A DNA stretch of 51,867 bases, the filler included, from Bipalium vagum (taxonomy: Eukaryota): the NCBI GenBank assembly GCA_037834085.1. It is 3 parts of 3 records of this genome, joined end to end, with 100 filler letters (N's around TTAATTAATTAA, not from the genome) between each part and the next. Parts side by side here need not be neighbours in the genome. Positions count along the whole stretch, not along the records: positions 1 to 15,766 come from JBBMKC010146772.1; 2 more parts are not named here. One strand, given 5' to 3'. How positions within the stretch are numbered: the first letter of the stretch is position 1; each line of letters opens with the position of its first letter. The notes below the pieces were generated by a model. That model made no database searches. It saw only the letters and a program-made list of their open reading frames with translations, and was not told the DNA's origin. Shown here piece by piece: positions 1 through 12,978 of the stretch. Position numbers and translations under genes: made by a program.

Positions 1-2457
1 ACTAATATACTTTTCTCATGTCTAGTTCCCAATATCTTGGGACTGATCTTCGTATGTTTTTATTTCCATATCTTTCCATAGGCTTTGTTCTTTATCCCTT
101 AGATCAAAGACATGCCATTTCTGGTTACGTTATGTGGTCTCTAATTTATTCCATTTGATATTCACATATTCAAAATCTCTCTGCTTTTTAGCATTAATTA
201 ATATTTCCAATTGGAATAGTCATAAAATATTATTTCTGTTAAATTTGCGAAGTTCATTTATATTTTCAAAAGGTTTGAGACAAAATATTTTTTCTGCATT
301 TCTTTAATGTTTTTTTGTTACCATTTTGTTGTATTAACATCATATGAAATATTTCTATAAACCAAAATAAATAAATTCAGTTTTGATTAATTAATGTCTT
401 CTCATATCATTTCCCAAGAACGTTTTTTTGTTTCTTATTAGAAATCTAATTAAATTAATTTTAATATAATTTTTGTTAATTAAATTTAAATTAAATATTT
501 TTGGTTAATTTATGCAATTTTATGTGTATTTAAAATATTGTCTCTGTTAATTATTCATAACCTTTATTTATTTTGTTTAAATAGAGTAATAAAAATATTG
601 ACAACTCTTTTATTTGTGTATATCTAGGTTTTTTAGAAATATTATTTATATTTAATCTCAAATATATCTGAAAATTAATTAAATATACAAATAGGAAATA
701 TATAATTTTAAAAAAATATCTTGCTTGATTTCTTTATTATTTTAACTCACAAATATATTAAAGTACTCTTTTTAGACATTTAAGATCTCTTATTATTAAT
801 TTTAATTATTTATATAGTCATTAAATCCTCGTAGAATTTAGATTAATTGATTAATCTATTGAATGAAAGTGTAATATTTTTTTGTTAGGTAAATAATAAT
901 CAATTTTTTAAGTTGTTTAAAAATAATGGTTTTTTAATTATTTTTATTATGGTTTCTGTTTGCCTAATGTAGAGTTTGAATATTCAAAAAAATTATCATC
1001 TTAAAGAATTCATAGTTTAATTATTCTCATATAAAATAATTATAATAATCTGATAAAATCGATTTCCGTATTTATATTAGATACATTATTGTGCGGATTT
1101 ATGTGAACACCATAATTTTTACAATAAATTGTTTTCACAGTTATATAAAAAATAGCGGCCATTTTGTTTTGTTGTTCTGATATTTAGGGAGTAACAACGA
1201 ATTTACTTACAGAATTCTGGTTTTTGTTAATTCAATTTTTGTTTTTCAATTTTGTTTTTTCAAGACTTTATCCATATTTTTCTTTTTTTTCTTTTTCTTT
1301 TTCTAGAATATGAATTTTTCTCACGAGAAGCGCACAAAAATTGCTACTTTAGTTGAGCACACATAGGTGATTCTAAGATATATTTTCATTATTCGCTTGT
1401 GTTCACATTAATTCAGTCAATACTGTAATTTGTATGGAGACATTTTTCTTTGGTTACTTAGTCAAATGACTGAAAAAAAATGGTTGACCTAATATAAACA
1501 TAACTTTTCCGTAATTTGTAATGCTTAAGCTTCATCTTTAATATATATACGTTTACATTTGAGCAATTGAAGTTATAATAAAGATTTCATACCTTTAATT
1601 TCATAATTATTTAATATTAATTATTAATTAATAATAACTAATAATATTAATATATAAATTTAAAACTATTATTTCAGAATAAAAGATAAACATTAAAAAT
1701 TAAGAAAAAGTAAGTTTTATGTTTGTCAAATCCGTTATTTTTTAAAATAATATTTATAAATGACCAAAGAAAAATATCTTCATACAAATTATCTGACATA
1801 AACACGGAGTCCATAATTTTCCGTCTTGAAAATTGAGGATAGAGATTTGCATAATTATTGAAAAATAAATTGGAAATTAAAATCAAAAATATTAAAGTCG
1901 AATTAGGTTTGTTTATGTTATGCGTTCTAATAATAATTTGATATAATTAAGTCTAAAAATATAGGACTTGAAACATAATTAGATTTATTATTTGAATATT
2001 TTATTAATTATATAGTACAATTATCAGTAATTATATTCTATTCTTCACGTAAGTAATTGTATATTTCCAAATCTAGAAATTATAATAACCATTATTAATA
2101 ATGACAATTTTTCTTCAATTATACCCTAGGTCTCATAATTTTTGTTTAATTATTTTAATTTTGTTCATTTCTTAGGTAATTTTATTATTATTAAAGGAAA
2201 AAAATATCGAAGACTATTTAAACCTTTATTCTGATTAAATTATCACGAAAATTGATTAAAATGATCTCTTTGCTGATATTCTCAGTTTATTTAAACAATT
2301 TAAATATTGTCAATCATTATATGTGATAAATTTCAAAAGATATATTTTATATAAAATAGAAATAAACAGACTTACAGTTTGCTATCAAATTGTAAGTCTT
2401 AAATACATTGAAACATGTTTATAATAGGGTTAATGAAATATTATTTGACTTATTATA

Positions 2458-3144
2458 CAGGTTCGTCGATATAAATCCGGAAAATTTTAAAGTTGTATTA
2501 AAAGAAGATATTTGAGTAAACAAGATGATTATTTTTGTTTAGGTAAGGTAATTTATCAATGAAATAGATTATTTAAATTTGAATTATTTTATATTAGTTA
2601 TTGCTTCAGAATATGTCCAAAGAGTTGCAGTGTTGGAACCACTTCGCCCCTGAAGAAACCCAAAAGAAATAATTGAATGGTTTGGCTACAACAATACTTA
2701 AGTTTATGACTTGGCAAAGGTATACTGAAAATAAGAACAAAGAAGCATTCAATACCATCTCACTTTTTCCATCGTGGTTTTAAAGTGGATGTTGACACCT
2801 ATATCCGTGTGGATGGACGAAATAGCCGATGAAAGACTGTATGTTTTCCAACAAGACTCTGGTCCAGCTTATCAAGCAATAAAAACACAAGCATAGCATT
2901 ACGAAAATCTGCCCCACCATGAGTCAGATGACTTATGGCCTCCCTCTATTCCGGATTACAATACTCTCGATTATTATCTATGGGGTGGTTGTGCTCAATA
3001 GTGGTAATCACATCGAATAATACTAAACGTGATACATTCATTTAGTTGTGTACCAATTTTTATTTTAATAAAGTTATTAGTTTTGTCTTTTTTCTTCTTT
3101 TGATTAAGATTTTAAAAAATTCCAGATTTATCTCGAGGACCTTG
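2458..3144 (+). mobile_element. Internally deleted maT (DD37D) Tc1/mariner-superfamily element
   Basis: Imperfect TIRs (TA|CAGGTTCGTCGATATAAATCCGGAAAATTTTAAA ... TTTAAAAAATTCCAGATTTATCTCGAGGACCTTG). Internal frame VFQQDSGPAY...LWPPSIPDYNTLDYYLWG has 37 residues between the 2nd and 3rd catalytic D, and one stop. Confidence 0.85.
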
Positions 3145-3509
3145 TGTATGCATTCATATTAAAAAAATAGTATATTAATTGATATTTTTAATGTGATAGT
3201 TCTTAATGTAATATTCTTTTTGTGATAGCTTTATATTATATATATAATTATATAAAAATAATCAGTCTTAGGAATATTTTTCTAGAAAACATTTAAAATT
3301 TGAAGTTAGGAGACTGTTTTCTGAGTTAACGTATCCCAGGTTAGTAAGAAAATATTTCTGTTTTAACCTTAAATTTGAAACTCAGAATATTCATGAGGTG
3401 GTCCCTGTCCGACTTCTATGGCTCTGTAAACTATTATCTACAGTGGAAGTCGGTTCATACGATATCACTTAATACGATTATGTGGATATTACGGATTATT
3501 CAGACATAA

Positions 3510-5667
3510 CACTGGTCTGCATCATTTTTGCAGTCTGGATTTTATTATGCATTTCTGAATCGTCTTTTCATGCTGATTTCAAATATGTAAGAAATTTTGC
3601 TCCATCACCTCAAATTTTCATTTAATATGTATATTTTAAATAACAAATTGTTTAAATAATTGTACAAAACGTGAGATATTTTAAATTGAAAAAGAATTTT
3701 TTTTTGGTAGATAGTACGTGAAACACATTATAATTAAAGAATATATTTAAACTATATTTTTAGATGAATAGAAGTGCAAAAGCAATCCTGACAAGTTCTG
3801 CTACATTTGTGGTTAAGTAATTTTTTCGGGTCTGCAGTTGCCTATCATCAATTTTGTAAAGAAAAGCTATCATGCCTATTTTGGTATTAACCTTGGTAAT
3901 CAAGACAATGCTTTTGCACCGCAAATATGTTTTAAAACATGTGTCGAAGGTCTTCGACGCTGAAGCAACTGAAGACAAAAAGCCTCTCATTTGGTATCTC
4001 TATGATTTGGAGAGACTAAGATATCATGCAAGTGACTGCTTTTTTTGCATGAGAAATCTGGAAGGCATAAATAGAAAAGCTAAACATCATATCAAGTATC
4101 CTGATGTTCTGCGTTGAAATCGGTTCCTCAAGGACCAGAGGTCCCAATTCCAAATACTCTCCATCATATAGAGTCTTCGTATGATTCATATAAAGATATG
4201 AATTTTATGGATAAATCTGCAACATATAAGCCAACAGCTGCCACAACTGAACCCATACCCTTTAACCAAACTGAGCTGAACGACTTGATAAGAGATCTAT
4301 GCTTGTCCAAGGAATCTGCTCAGCTGTTAGGATCTCGGCTGAAGAAAAATCATCAGATACATCCATCAGTGACATTCTCCTGGTACCGTAATCGTGAAGA
4401 AGAATTTTGTAAATACTTCACACTGCACAAAGAAGTATCGCTAATTTACTGCAATGATATAAGCGGCCTTATAACAGCTATGGGCTTAGCATACAACCGT
4501 TTAGAATGGCGCCTATTCATCGACTCTTCATCCAGAAGTCTGAAATGGTAACTATATAATAGTAACAAAGTCTCTTCTGTTCCGGTGGGCCACTCGATGC
4601 AAATGTCGGAAAAAATTGGAAATATGAAGCTTCTTCTACGTAATTTAAAGTACGAAAATCAAAACTGGATAATCTGTGGTGATCTAAAAGTTATTTCTTT
4701 GTTGCTTGGTCTACAAGGTGGATATACAAAATATCCCTGCTTCATCTGTTTATGGGACAGAAGGGCAGACGAGCAGCACTACATACGAAGGAATTGGCCA
4801 GTAAGATCTCATCTCCAGCCAGGTTCACATAATGTTTATTCCAATGCCCTTGTCAATCTCCAGAAGATTTTGCTTCCATTGCTGCACATCAAGCTCGGCG
4901 TAATGAAAAATTTTGTCAAGTCACTAGACAAGAAAGGTCAAGCTTTTTCTTTAATAAAGATAAATTTCCGCGCAAAAATAAGCCTAAATTGGAAGCAGGG
5001 ATTTTTGATAGCCCTCAAATTAGAGAGCTCCTGAAAGATACTGATTTCGATGATTGTCTTAAAGATTATGAAACCAATGCTTGGCGTACATTTAAGTCCA
5101 TTGCCAACAATTTCCTAGGAAACCATCGAAGTTCATACTATGAGCATATTGTGGAAGAGCACCTTCAGAGTTTCAAGGTTCTTGGTGCACGTATGTCTGT
5201 AAAAATACATTTCCTCAACTCACATTTGGACTACTTTCCTGACAACTGTGGTGACATGAGCGAAGAACAAGGAGAGCGATTTCATCAAGACATTAGTGTT
5301 ATGGAAGAAAGGTATCAGGGCCGCTGGGATGTGAACATGCTTGCCGACTATTGTTGGTGCCTCAAACGAGATGATTCTGTGCACAACACAATCGAAAGTC
5401 GTTGAAGAAGCCCTTTCTTCCACCGTGTAATCTATAATAAATTATTATTGTTACTTTGCAGATTTTTTGACAATTATAAACAGTATTGTACATATAATCG
5501 TAGTGTTTTTATGTAATAATATATAAAAATTTCAAATTGTTGTATCATAAAAACTAGACGTGACTGAGACAAACGAATTACTGATTTGAAATCAGCGAAA
5601 TATTTCGTTATAGAATCTGCTTAAAAAGTTCAAACCGCATAAAAAAGTCTTCAAATGCAGACCAGTG
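3510..5667 (+). mobile_element. Chapaev3-type DNA transposon (CMC group, Transib/RAG1-related), full length
   Basis: Perfect 13-bp TIR CACTGGTCTGCAT / ATGCAGACCAGTG, a 3-bp TAA duplication on both sides (3507-3509, 5668-5670), and a subterminal GCTGATTTCAA motif at both ends. Confidence 0.88.
3764..5430 (+). pseudogene. Chapaev3-type transposase, frameshifted
   Basis: Pieces in ORFs 3872, 4114, 4585 and 4989: CKSNPDKFCYICG, HASDCFFC, WRLFIDSS, ICGDLKV, GYTKYPCFICLWD, LHIKLGVMKNFVK, HFLNSHLDYFP, SEEQGERFHQDI, MLADYCW. Several frameshifts. Confidence 0.88.
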
Positions 5668-6359
5668 TAATAATTGATGAAAATATTTTATTAAATGATG
5701 AAAATAATATTGACGAGATCATAAAAAGAAAAGATTTTGATCTTTTTGTGAATGTGATATAGAAGAACCTACGACCTTGATGCTAACAGATTCAGATATC
5801 TTTGATGAAATTATGTAAAGAAGACTAGAGGAAGATGATGCCATTGAAGATGAAAATTTACGTTGCAAAGTGGAAGAACATATAAGTGCCAAAAGCATGT
5901 TAGCCTCTGTCAAGTGTATTTGCCAATACCTTTTACAAAACAATCCTAGTGTAGAATTGGAACTAACTTATATAATTAAAGATGGAATCAATAACTATCA
6001 ATGACAGACTTTTTCAAGTCATTGCGGACATTTAATATAATACATGTTTGAAAATCGATTGTTTCGTTTATTTCTTCCTATTGCATAATACATAATAAAT
6101 GAAATAATTACACTTCTGTTAATACGATATATCTTAATTTTTGGAAATCCCAACATCTTATTAACTGAATTCCATTGTAGTTGGAAATGAGAGGTTTATT
6201 GTGAGGGAGTTTATTATCTTAATTAATAATATTTCAGTTATATCTATGAGTATTTTTGTTTGAGTTGTCATATATGGATTTAAAAATGGCACAAGTTTTC
6301 TTTCTTATCTACTAAACAATACACAATACATATATAAGTATAAAAGTATATAATTCTTC

Positions 6360-6700
6360 ACCATTATTTTCAAAGGACATTTCAATGTCTTTACTGAATT
6401 TCTGATGATTTCAACATTCAACTCATGGTCTATGTACAAACGCAGTAATTTTGTCTGATTTAACTGAAAGGATTCTTTTAGAATTCTCCATCATGCTAAA
6501 CATGACAAAATATGGAGTATAAACGGTTTTCATCATTAAAGTTACTTCCTTTATTTTTCAGAAATCATTAGCGGTCAATAATCATAATAATAAAATATTT
6601 TTTTATTCAGACAATCAAATAAATACCGTTTTGGATAATCCAGTATAAATTTTAGGTTTCAAGATCTTGATTAACGTATGATCTTTCAAAGACCTTCAAT
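6360..6700 (-). mobile_element. Possible degenerate LINE (CR1/L2-like) reverse-transcriptase C-terminal fragment
   Basis: Minus-strand VNQDLET..YWIIQNG and KLLRLYIDHELN resemble LN.DL..I..W...N and K.LGV.ID..L.F of LINE RTs. Heavily decayed. Confidence 0.4.
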
Positions 6701-8249
6701 ATAAAAATTCAGTTATCATATAAAATTAAAAAAAACAAATTTATAGGCTTTTCCTTAAAATATTGCTAAAAATACCCGCTTTAAGGTATTTTATTGCTTA
6801 GGAATATCTCTTTTAGTCGAAACTACAAATAAAGATGATTCTTCTCAATTAATACCCCATTCCTCTCAATTTCGACTCAGTCACTTTTCACATTTCCGGA
6901 TTTTTCTGAGTCTGACTGCGATTATAAAATAAGAGAAACTATAAATATTTTTAAATAATTGATTTAATTGAAGAGTAAAAATAAGAAAAAGTTTATGTAG
7001 AATAAATGATTTTCTCGGTAAAAAAGAGCTCATTGTGACTTCCATTTTCCTTCTAGGATTGATCTAAAACTTTCAATTTTAATTTAAGCAAATTTTTTAA
7101 AATGGAAGTTTTTGTATTTTTAATGCACTCTTTCAAAACCATAGATGAAAATATAAATAAAATTCTACGAGATTATTTATTTTTAATTATTAAATTTTTA
7201 AAATAAAAATATATTTTGTAACATCAAAAAATGTTTTGTTCGATTAATCAAATTTTATTTTTATTATGAAAATGGAAATATTTTCAGTACGAACAAACAT
7301 GTGCTAATTATTTTTATGTTTAACGGTTAAGTAATAAAAATCAATTATTTAATTATGCTGATTGAAAAAATACCGATTTAAAAATTGATTTAAAATTGGT
7401 CATTGTCTGAAATTATTTAAACAATAAAAAAAAAGAAATCTGTAAAATAAAAAAAATAATTCGATAAAAATAAAATAAATAAAAGATCAATTCGATGTTG
7501 ATTTTTCCTTATTTATCTGACATCATAATAATTAAAATTTACATTTCTTTTTGGACAACCTGAATGGTTTTTTTAATAATTTATTATAATATTATTGCTA
7601 TTTAAAAATAAAGATTATACACAAATAAAACAAAAAATTGAATATAAGAATTGGTTATTAATGATTATATTTTTTGTCCACAATTTCCGTGTTGAAAGAT
7701 TATTACTATAGAATTTATTGGGTGACCTGAAAATTTTCTGACAATTTTAAACCAAAAAATTAACTGTTTTTCCCATACTTAAAATAAGAAAAATTATCAA
7801 ACATGTCGCTTTCTAGAAATTTTTTAAAATATTTTTCTGATAAAAACTATTTACTTGTCAAATTTGATCTCTAGATTTTTGGAAGAAAAACTACCCAGTA
7901 CTTTTATGGTTTTCCTTAGAAACCAATTTATACTAATAAGAAAATTCTGGGAGGCAACAATTTTTGGTTTAACCTTGATAAGTTTGTATTACACAGCACT
8001 TCAAACCCAAATTTTTTTAATTTGAGACAAGTCATGAAAGTTGTGTAAATACGGCTATGATCTTTAGGGGTTTAAACATTTTGTTTAAATAATTTAAATT
8101 AATCATTAAACGTTATAATGTTGTTCATTGATTTAAATAATAATTTTAATGATATATTAATTTTTTATTAATTTAAGTGAAAATTATACAGCGGTTTAAT
8201 ATCAAAATTAGGTCATTTTTACTTTACGCTTTCAAAATAGACGTGAATT

Positions 8250-8640
8250 GTTGTGCATTCATCCAGCAAACTTCTAATGTTATTGATTCACTGAATTTCA
8301 GAAATTCGTAATGAACTAATCCTATCGGACACGAAGAAGTGTAATCAATATCCTTTTTGGATAAAATTTAGAATATATCTCCTATCTAATTAATGTTTTG
8401 TCTTCCGATCCCATTCAACCAGTTGCATTAAAATTTAATTGTCTACTAATGACAATTTCAAATTTTGGAGTGTTCTGAAAACTTCTGTTGCCATTTCGGA
8501 ATCGTTCATACCAGTGTTAATATTGAACGATACCTAGATTATTATCATCATAACTTGAATTTAAATAATTGGCTGCATCTGAAACATTTGTACCAAACTC
8601 GAATTCATAAAAATTATCTTTCATGTTTCTTCACAATATC
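8250..8640 (-). mobile_element. Degenerate mariner transposase fragment
   Basis: Minus-strand YEFEFGTNVSDAANYLN...WYERFRNGNRS (HTH region) and GLVHYEFLKFSESIT. Confidence 0.65.
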
Positions 8641-8835
8641 TTCGTTAGTCAATTTTAGATGCAATTTTTCTCTGTTTTCTGTCTTCTTTGAAATCTATTA
8701 CCTAACATTCACAATAACTTTCACATTGAGTCTCCATTCCGAAATTATTTTTTTTGAAAAAAGTATATTTACTGACTTTCTTAAATTCATACTTAAAAAT
8801 ATTATAATTATTTATTTAAAATAAATATTATTAAA

Positions 8836-8898
<63 letters not shown>

Positions 8899-8930
8899 CA
8901 TTATTATTACTATTATTACTATTACTATTA
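8836..8930. repeat. (ATT)n microsatellite with ACT/ATC variants
   Basis: Directly visible tandem trinucleotide run. Confidence 0.95.
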
Positions 8931-9529
8931 AACGCATAAAAATTTTTAGACATTTTCAATAAATTTCTCAAAATTCTCAATTATTTTCGTCAATGAAACT
9001 GTTTGTTTAACAATTTGATGGAGTATAGATTAAACGTGTCATTCCTCATCAATTTCTTATCAAATTATTAATCATTAATTCATTAAATTGTAAAAGTAGT
9101 TTGATTGTTTAGTTTGTTTATTAATTTTGTTGTTAATTATTTTCTAGTTCAAATTCTTCCAAGCAATTTCTGGTCTATTTATATTATGTGGAAGGAGTAT
9201 TAAAATTAGTTAATGAAATTATTTTAATTTTTGTGTTTTGTTTAGAAAACATGAATATCCAATTAATTATAATTATTTTACACTTTTTAAAGGATATTTT
9301 TTATTTGATCTCTCCTCCAGTCATATTTGACATTTCCATTTCAATAACAAAAATAGGAATCCAAAAATTATATATTAATTTTAGAATTGACTTAACCTGG
9401 TTTCATAATATACAAGAATTGGAATATTGCATTTTACCTTTGCCTTTGTTAGGAACATCCAGGATGTTAAAATTCTGCGAAATCTTTACAATCTGTTTTA
9501 TGATATGATGATGTAAAAGTTCGTGCTCA

Positions 9530-9733
9530 GAATCTGGTGCTGAAATTGAGGTGGCTTGTAAAGTGTTTTTCGAATCAAAACAAAGCAATTGGTACTTTGA
9601 CCAGTTAAGAATGCTAACAGCTCGGTGAGGTAAAATCATTGAAGCTGATGGACTTTATTTTGAAGAGTAGTGTTATTTTTGTAAGTAAATATATGTATAT
9701 AATTTTGAGCGCGAACTTTTGTATTACCATAGT
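9530..9733 (+). mobile_element. Mariner 3' end fragment
   Basis: CKVFFESKQSNWYFDQLRMLTAR*GKIIEADGLYFEE* (mariner C-terminus) followed by a TIR-like end. Confidence 0.7.
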
Positions 9734-9859
9734 ACTATGTAATTAAGTGACGTATAGGTGTTTTAAATTCTAATTGACTCTTTTAAGTTTTTTACAAAGA
9801 GAATCTATACGATTTCGCATGCTTCTATTGCAAAAAATTGATTGAATCTATAAAATTTC

Positions 9860-10400
9860 CGTAAATGGTTTTTAATATAGTTATTGAAGACAAAAACATA
9901 CCCTTTCTCGACGAAACTGGATTTATGATTATAATAAGAGAACATTAGGTCGTCCTAATAGGCTGCAAAAAACCCAATTTGCATTACTCCTGGTATTAAA
10001 TGACGAAATAAGCGATTATGACATGTATGTGAAAATGATGAGTATTTCATTGTAAAGCAATTATTAGACCCTGTAAAACATTTCCTTTTTCGAATACTTG
10101 AAGGAAATGACTCTCAATTTTGACAGCGAAAAAATTGAACAATGTCATCAATGTTATGCATAACTTATTCTTCCACAGATGCTTGAAAATAAAAGACTTT
10201 TGACTATAAAGGACATAATACAATTATCATTTTACTATCTTATTTTTTTTGAAATCGACCGAGTTTTCTCAATGAAAAAATATTGTTACATCACAAAATC
10301 CGTATCCAAAAATAAAATTATTGCGATATTTTTTTATCTCCAGATTAATGTGGAGATCATGTGAGGCGTGGAGTTGACAATGCTATTAAATGTTGGGATG
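9860..10400 (+). mobile_element. Highly decayed IS630/Tc1-like transposase remnant
   Basis: FLDETGF motif near 9903; the downstream motifs are only weakly recognisable. Confidence 0.35.
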
Positions 10401-11338
10401 GAATTAACGTGTTTGTAGGATAAGTGATTTTTTATAATTTGTAAGTTAACAATTTAGCTTCCTAGTTTTAAATCCTAAGTACCGTATTTTGTGAATTTGA
10501 AAAATATCTGGTTCACTAAAAAGCACCATCATTCAAAAATAAATCATTCTCATTTAAACAAAACTCACCATAAAAATAAAATCTTTAGATTAAAAACCAC
10601 AGGGTATAAAATTCAAAAGTGTTTATGTGTTGGTGACATTATGCAGGATATTACAATCGAATTTATACAGGCAAAATTATTAAATATTTATAGTACAAAA
10701 TACTAGTCTTCCATTTTAGTAAGTAGCTTTCCACATGTGTGATTTTCAAGTCATATTTCCTTCTAAAAATTTCGAATCATTTGCAAATGTCATTAATGTG
10801 ACTCTCACGGGGTGTTACCAAGCAGGAATTCATAAAAATAAATAAATCCTAATTCACTCTCCGAAACTTTTATATTTAAATAAAAAGCACCTTCAAATTA
10901 CACAAGATACACTATCCAATTAACATGTTCGATTTCACACTCTTTCATATATTATCCAGTACTAGTCCTTTGCAAAATAGCAGATACTATAATCTTTCTA
11001 AACAAAATGAAAAGGTAACCACATCATTTTATTTTCATAAGAGTTTATTCTCAGCCAAAATTACGAAAATATATTACTAAAAACGATCTATCTTTATCGG
11101 AAAAAATTTCTTTCAAAATTCAATATAAAACGGCTGAGTGGATGAAATATATGGGAAATATTTATAATTTTGATTTGCAGAAAAAGGGTTTCGTGTTTCA
11201 TTTAACAATTATTTTATGAATATTGTTGTGAAAAAAGAGTCCAAAAAATTATAGTAATAGTTCCAACGATAATAATTATATTTATTATACGCATTTTTTC
11301 ATAAATTTTGAAATAATTTATTTTTTGAAAAATGTGTA

Positions 11339-11686
11339 TTAGGGGTGTGCGTTGAAAAAACAACAAAAATAATGTATTTGTTTTACTGAATTTAATAATA
11401 CTGATTTATATTTTTTAATAATGATTTGAATTGTTTCATATATTTTTAGATGGCGAAATACATCACCATGTTCGCGAACGATTCTTTTTCATTTTAACAC
11501 CAATAAATCAGCTGCAGAAACGCACAGGATACTTGTTGATTCTTATGGTGACAATTCACCATCAAATGTAACTCAAAGTCATTGTTAACGATGATCATTA
11601 CTTTGAATAGTGTTTCTTTTTCTGTTTATTTGTAAATAAATATTCAAAGTTGTTTAAATAGGCTCATTTTCAACGCACACACCTAA
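11339..11686 (+). mobile_element. MITE-sized internally deleted mariner (348 bp)
   Basis: TA|TTAGGGGTGTGCGTTGAAAA ... TTTTCAACGCACACACCTAA|TA TIRs. N-terminal NKSAAETHRILVDSYGDNSPS is joined directly to C-terminal VIVNDDHYFE*. Confidence 0.88.
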
Positions 11687-11902
11687 TATTCCATAAATGT
11701 TACATTAATTTGGTAAGTTATAAAAACCGGATTGGTGTTTCTTTTTAATAATTGTTTGAAAAGTATGTTTTGTTTTAAATATTATACCGTTTCATTATTT
11801 TATTTATTTTCACATTTTTAAATAATATTTATTTCTTATTGCTAAACTCAATATTTCACAATTTTATATCGTATCGGAAACTCCATTTCAAAATTAAAAA
11901 TA

Positions 11903-12000
11903 CAGTAGACTTTGCTTAATACGATATTGTCGGGACATCGAAAAATTATCGTAATAACCGATATAACGTATTAAAAAAAGTTTACCTAATACGAGTACAC
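11903..12000. mobile_element. Orphan pogo/Tigger-like terminus
   Basis: TA|CAGTAGACTTTGCTTAATACGATA, similar in style to the terminus at 3441; no partner end identified. Confidence 0.45.
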
Positions 12001-12539
12001 AATAATTACTGTGCAATATTAATTTTAAAAAAAGAATATTGATTCTAAAATACTAATTAAACATACATATCATTTAATTTTTTTAAAGAAGTCCGGTATG
12101 AATAACTGCTTATAGCATTGAGGCTTATTTAAATAAAGTGGATAATAAAAGGTTGTTTTGTAAATAATCTTAAAAAATATTTTAATATAAAAACCTGGAT
12201 AAATTAAACATTAAATAATAATTTTATTTAATTTACTAAAAATAATTTTATTGGATAATTATTATTATAAATAATACTATTTTGTATCAAGAAATATTAT
12301 TTATACTTATAATAAATGATATAAATTTAATTATTTTAATAATTGATAAATTAAAGTGTTATTCTTTTAATGATTTTAGTAACCAGTATTTGACCCAAAA
12401 CCGTATATATTTTTCGACAAATTTTTATGAATTCATCATTTAAAATCAATATTTTAAAACCATTATCTTCGGATAGTTTATTAAATTTTTTCTCTAAATG
12501 TTTTAATTGAATTAATATTTTTGTAAATTTGTAAAATTC

Positions 12540-12978
12540 CAAATAGGCACAGAGAGGAAAACTCACAAAATATATGATGGAGCGTGATGGATGGTGAAGA
12601 AGGAAACATTAATGAACTTCGTTTCGTAGTGGAGGTGAAAGTCTGAAAATGAAAAACACATTAATCGACCATAACGTATGTGTGATTGATCTCACATATC
12701 GAAAATGACGTTGCAATAGTTGTATGAATTGAAGTATGCGGTGCTCTTCTTCTTACTTTAGGCCTTCTTACTTCTTAGACCTCCAATTTACATGCTACAA
12801 TCTCTTCAATTATTAGGCGGATTTCATTCGGAGAAAAGTTTAGGAGGTCATCAACAACTTCATAGCGCGATAAATAAAAAATGTGTTCAAATGAATGGTT
12901 CTTATTTCAAATAATAATATATTATCACATTTCTATGATTAAAGGTCAAAAGCAACAATTTCTCGTTCACCAGCATAA
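12540..12978 (+). mobile_element. Degenerate mariner remnant
   Basis: FRSGGESLK (mariner RF.SG..SLED-like) and a mariner-like right TIR AAAAGCAACAATTTCTCGTTCACCAGCATAA|TA. Confidence 0.45.

Larger units (their letters stand above)
3441..6177 (+). mobile_element. pogo/Tigger-like non-autonomous remnant, host of the nested Chapaev3 insertion
   Basis: TA|CAGTGGAAGTCGGTTCA ... TTAACTGAATTCCATTG|TA imperfect TIRs. The 5670-6020 segment encodes an acidic stretch ending ...MTDFF, typical of the Tigger transposase C-terminus. Confidence 0.7.

Noticed and set aside
8465-9508. 119-aa and 106-aa hydrophobic ORFs
   Set aside because: F/I/L/K/N-biased translations of AT-rich DNA. The first is antisense to a mariner fragment; no domain is recognisable.
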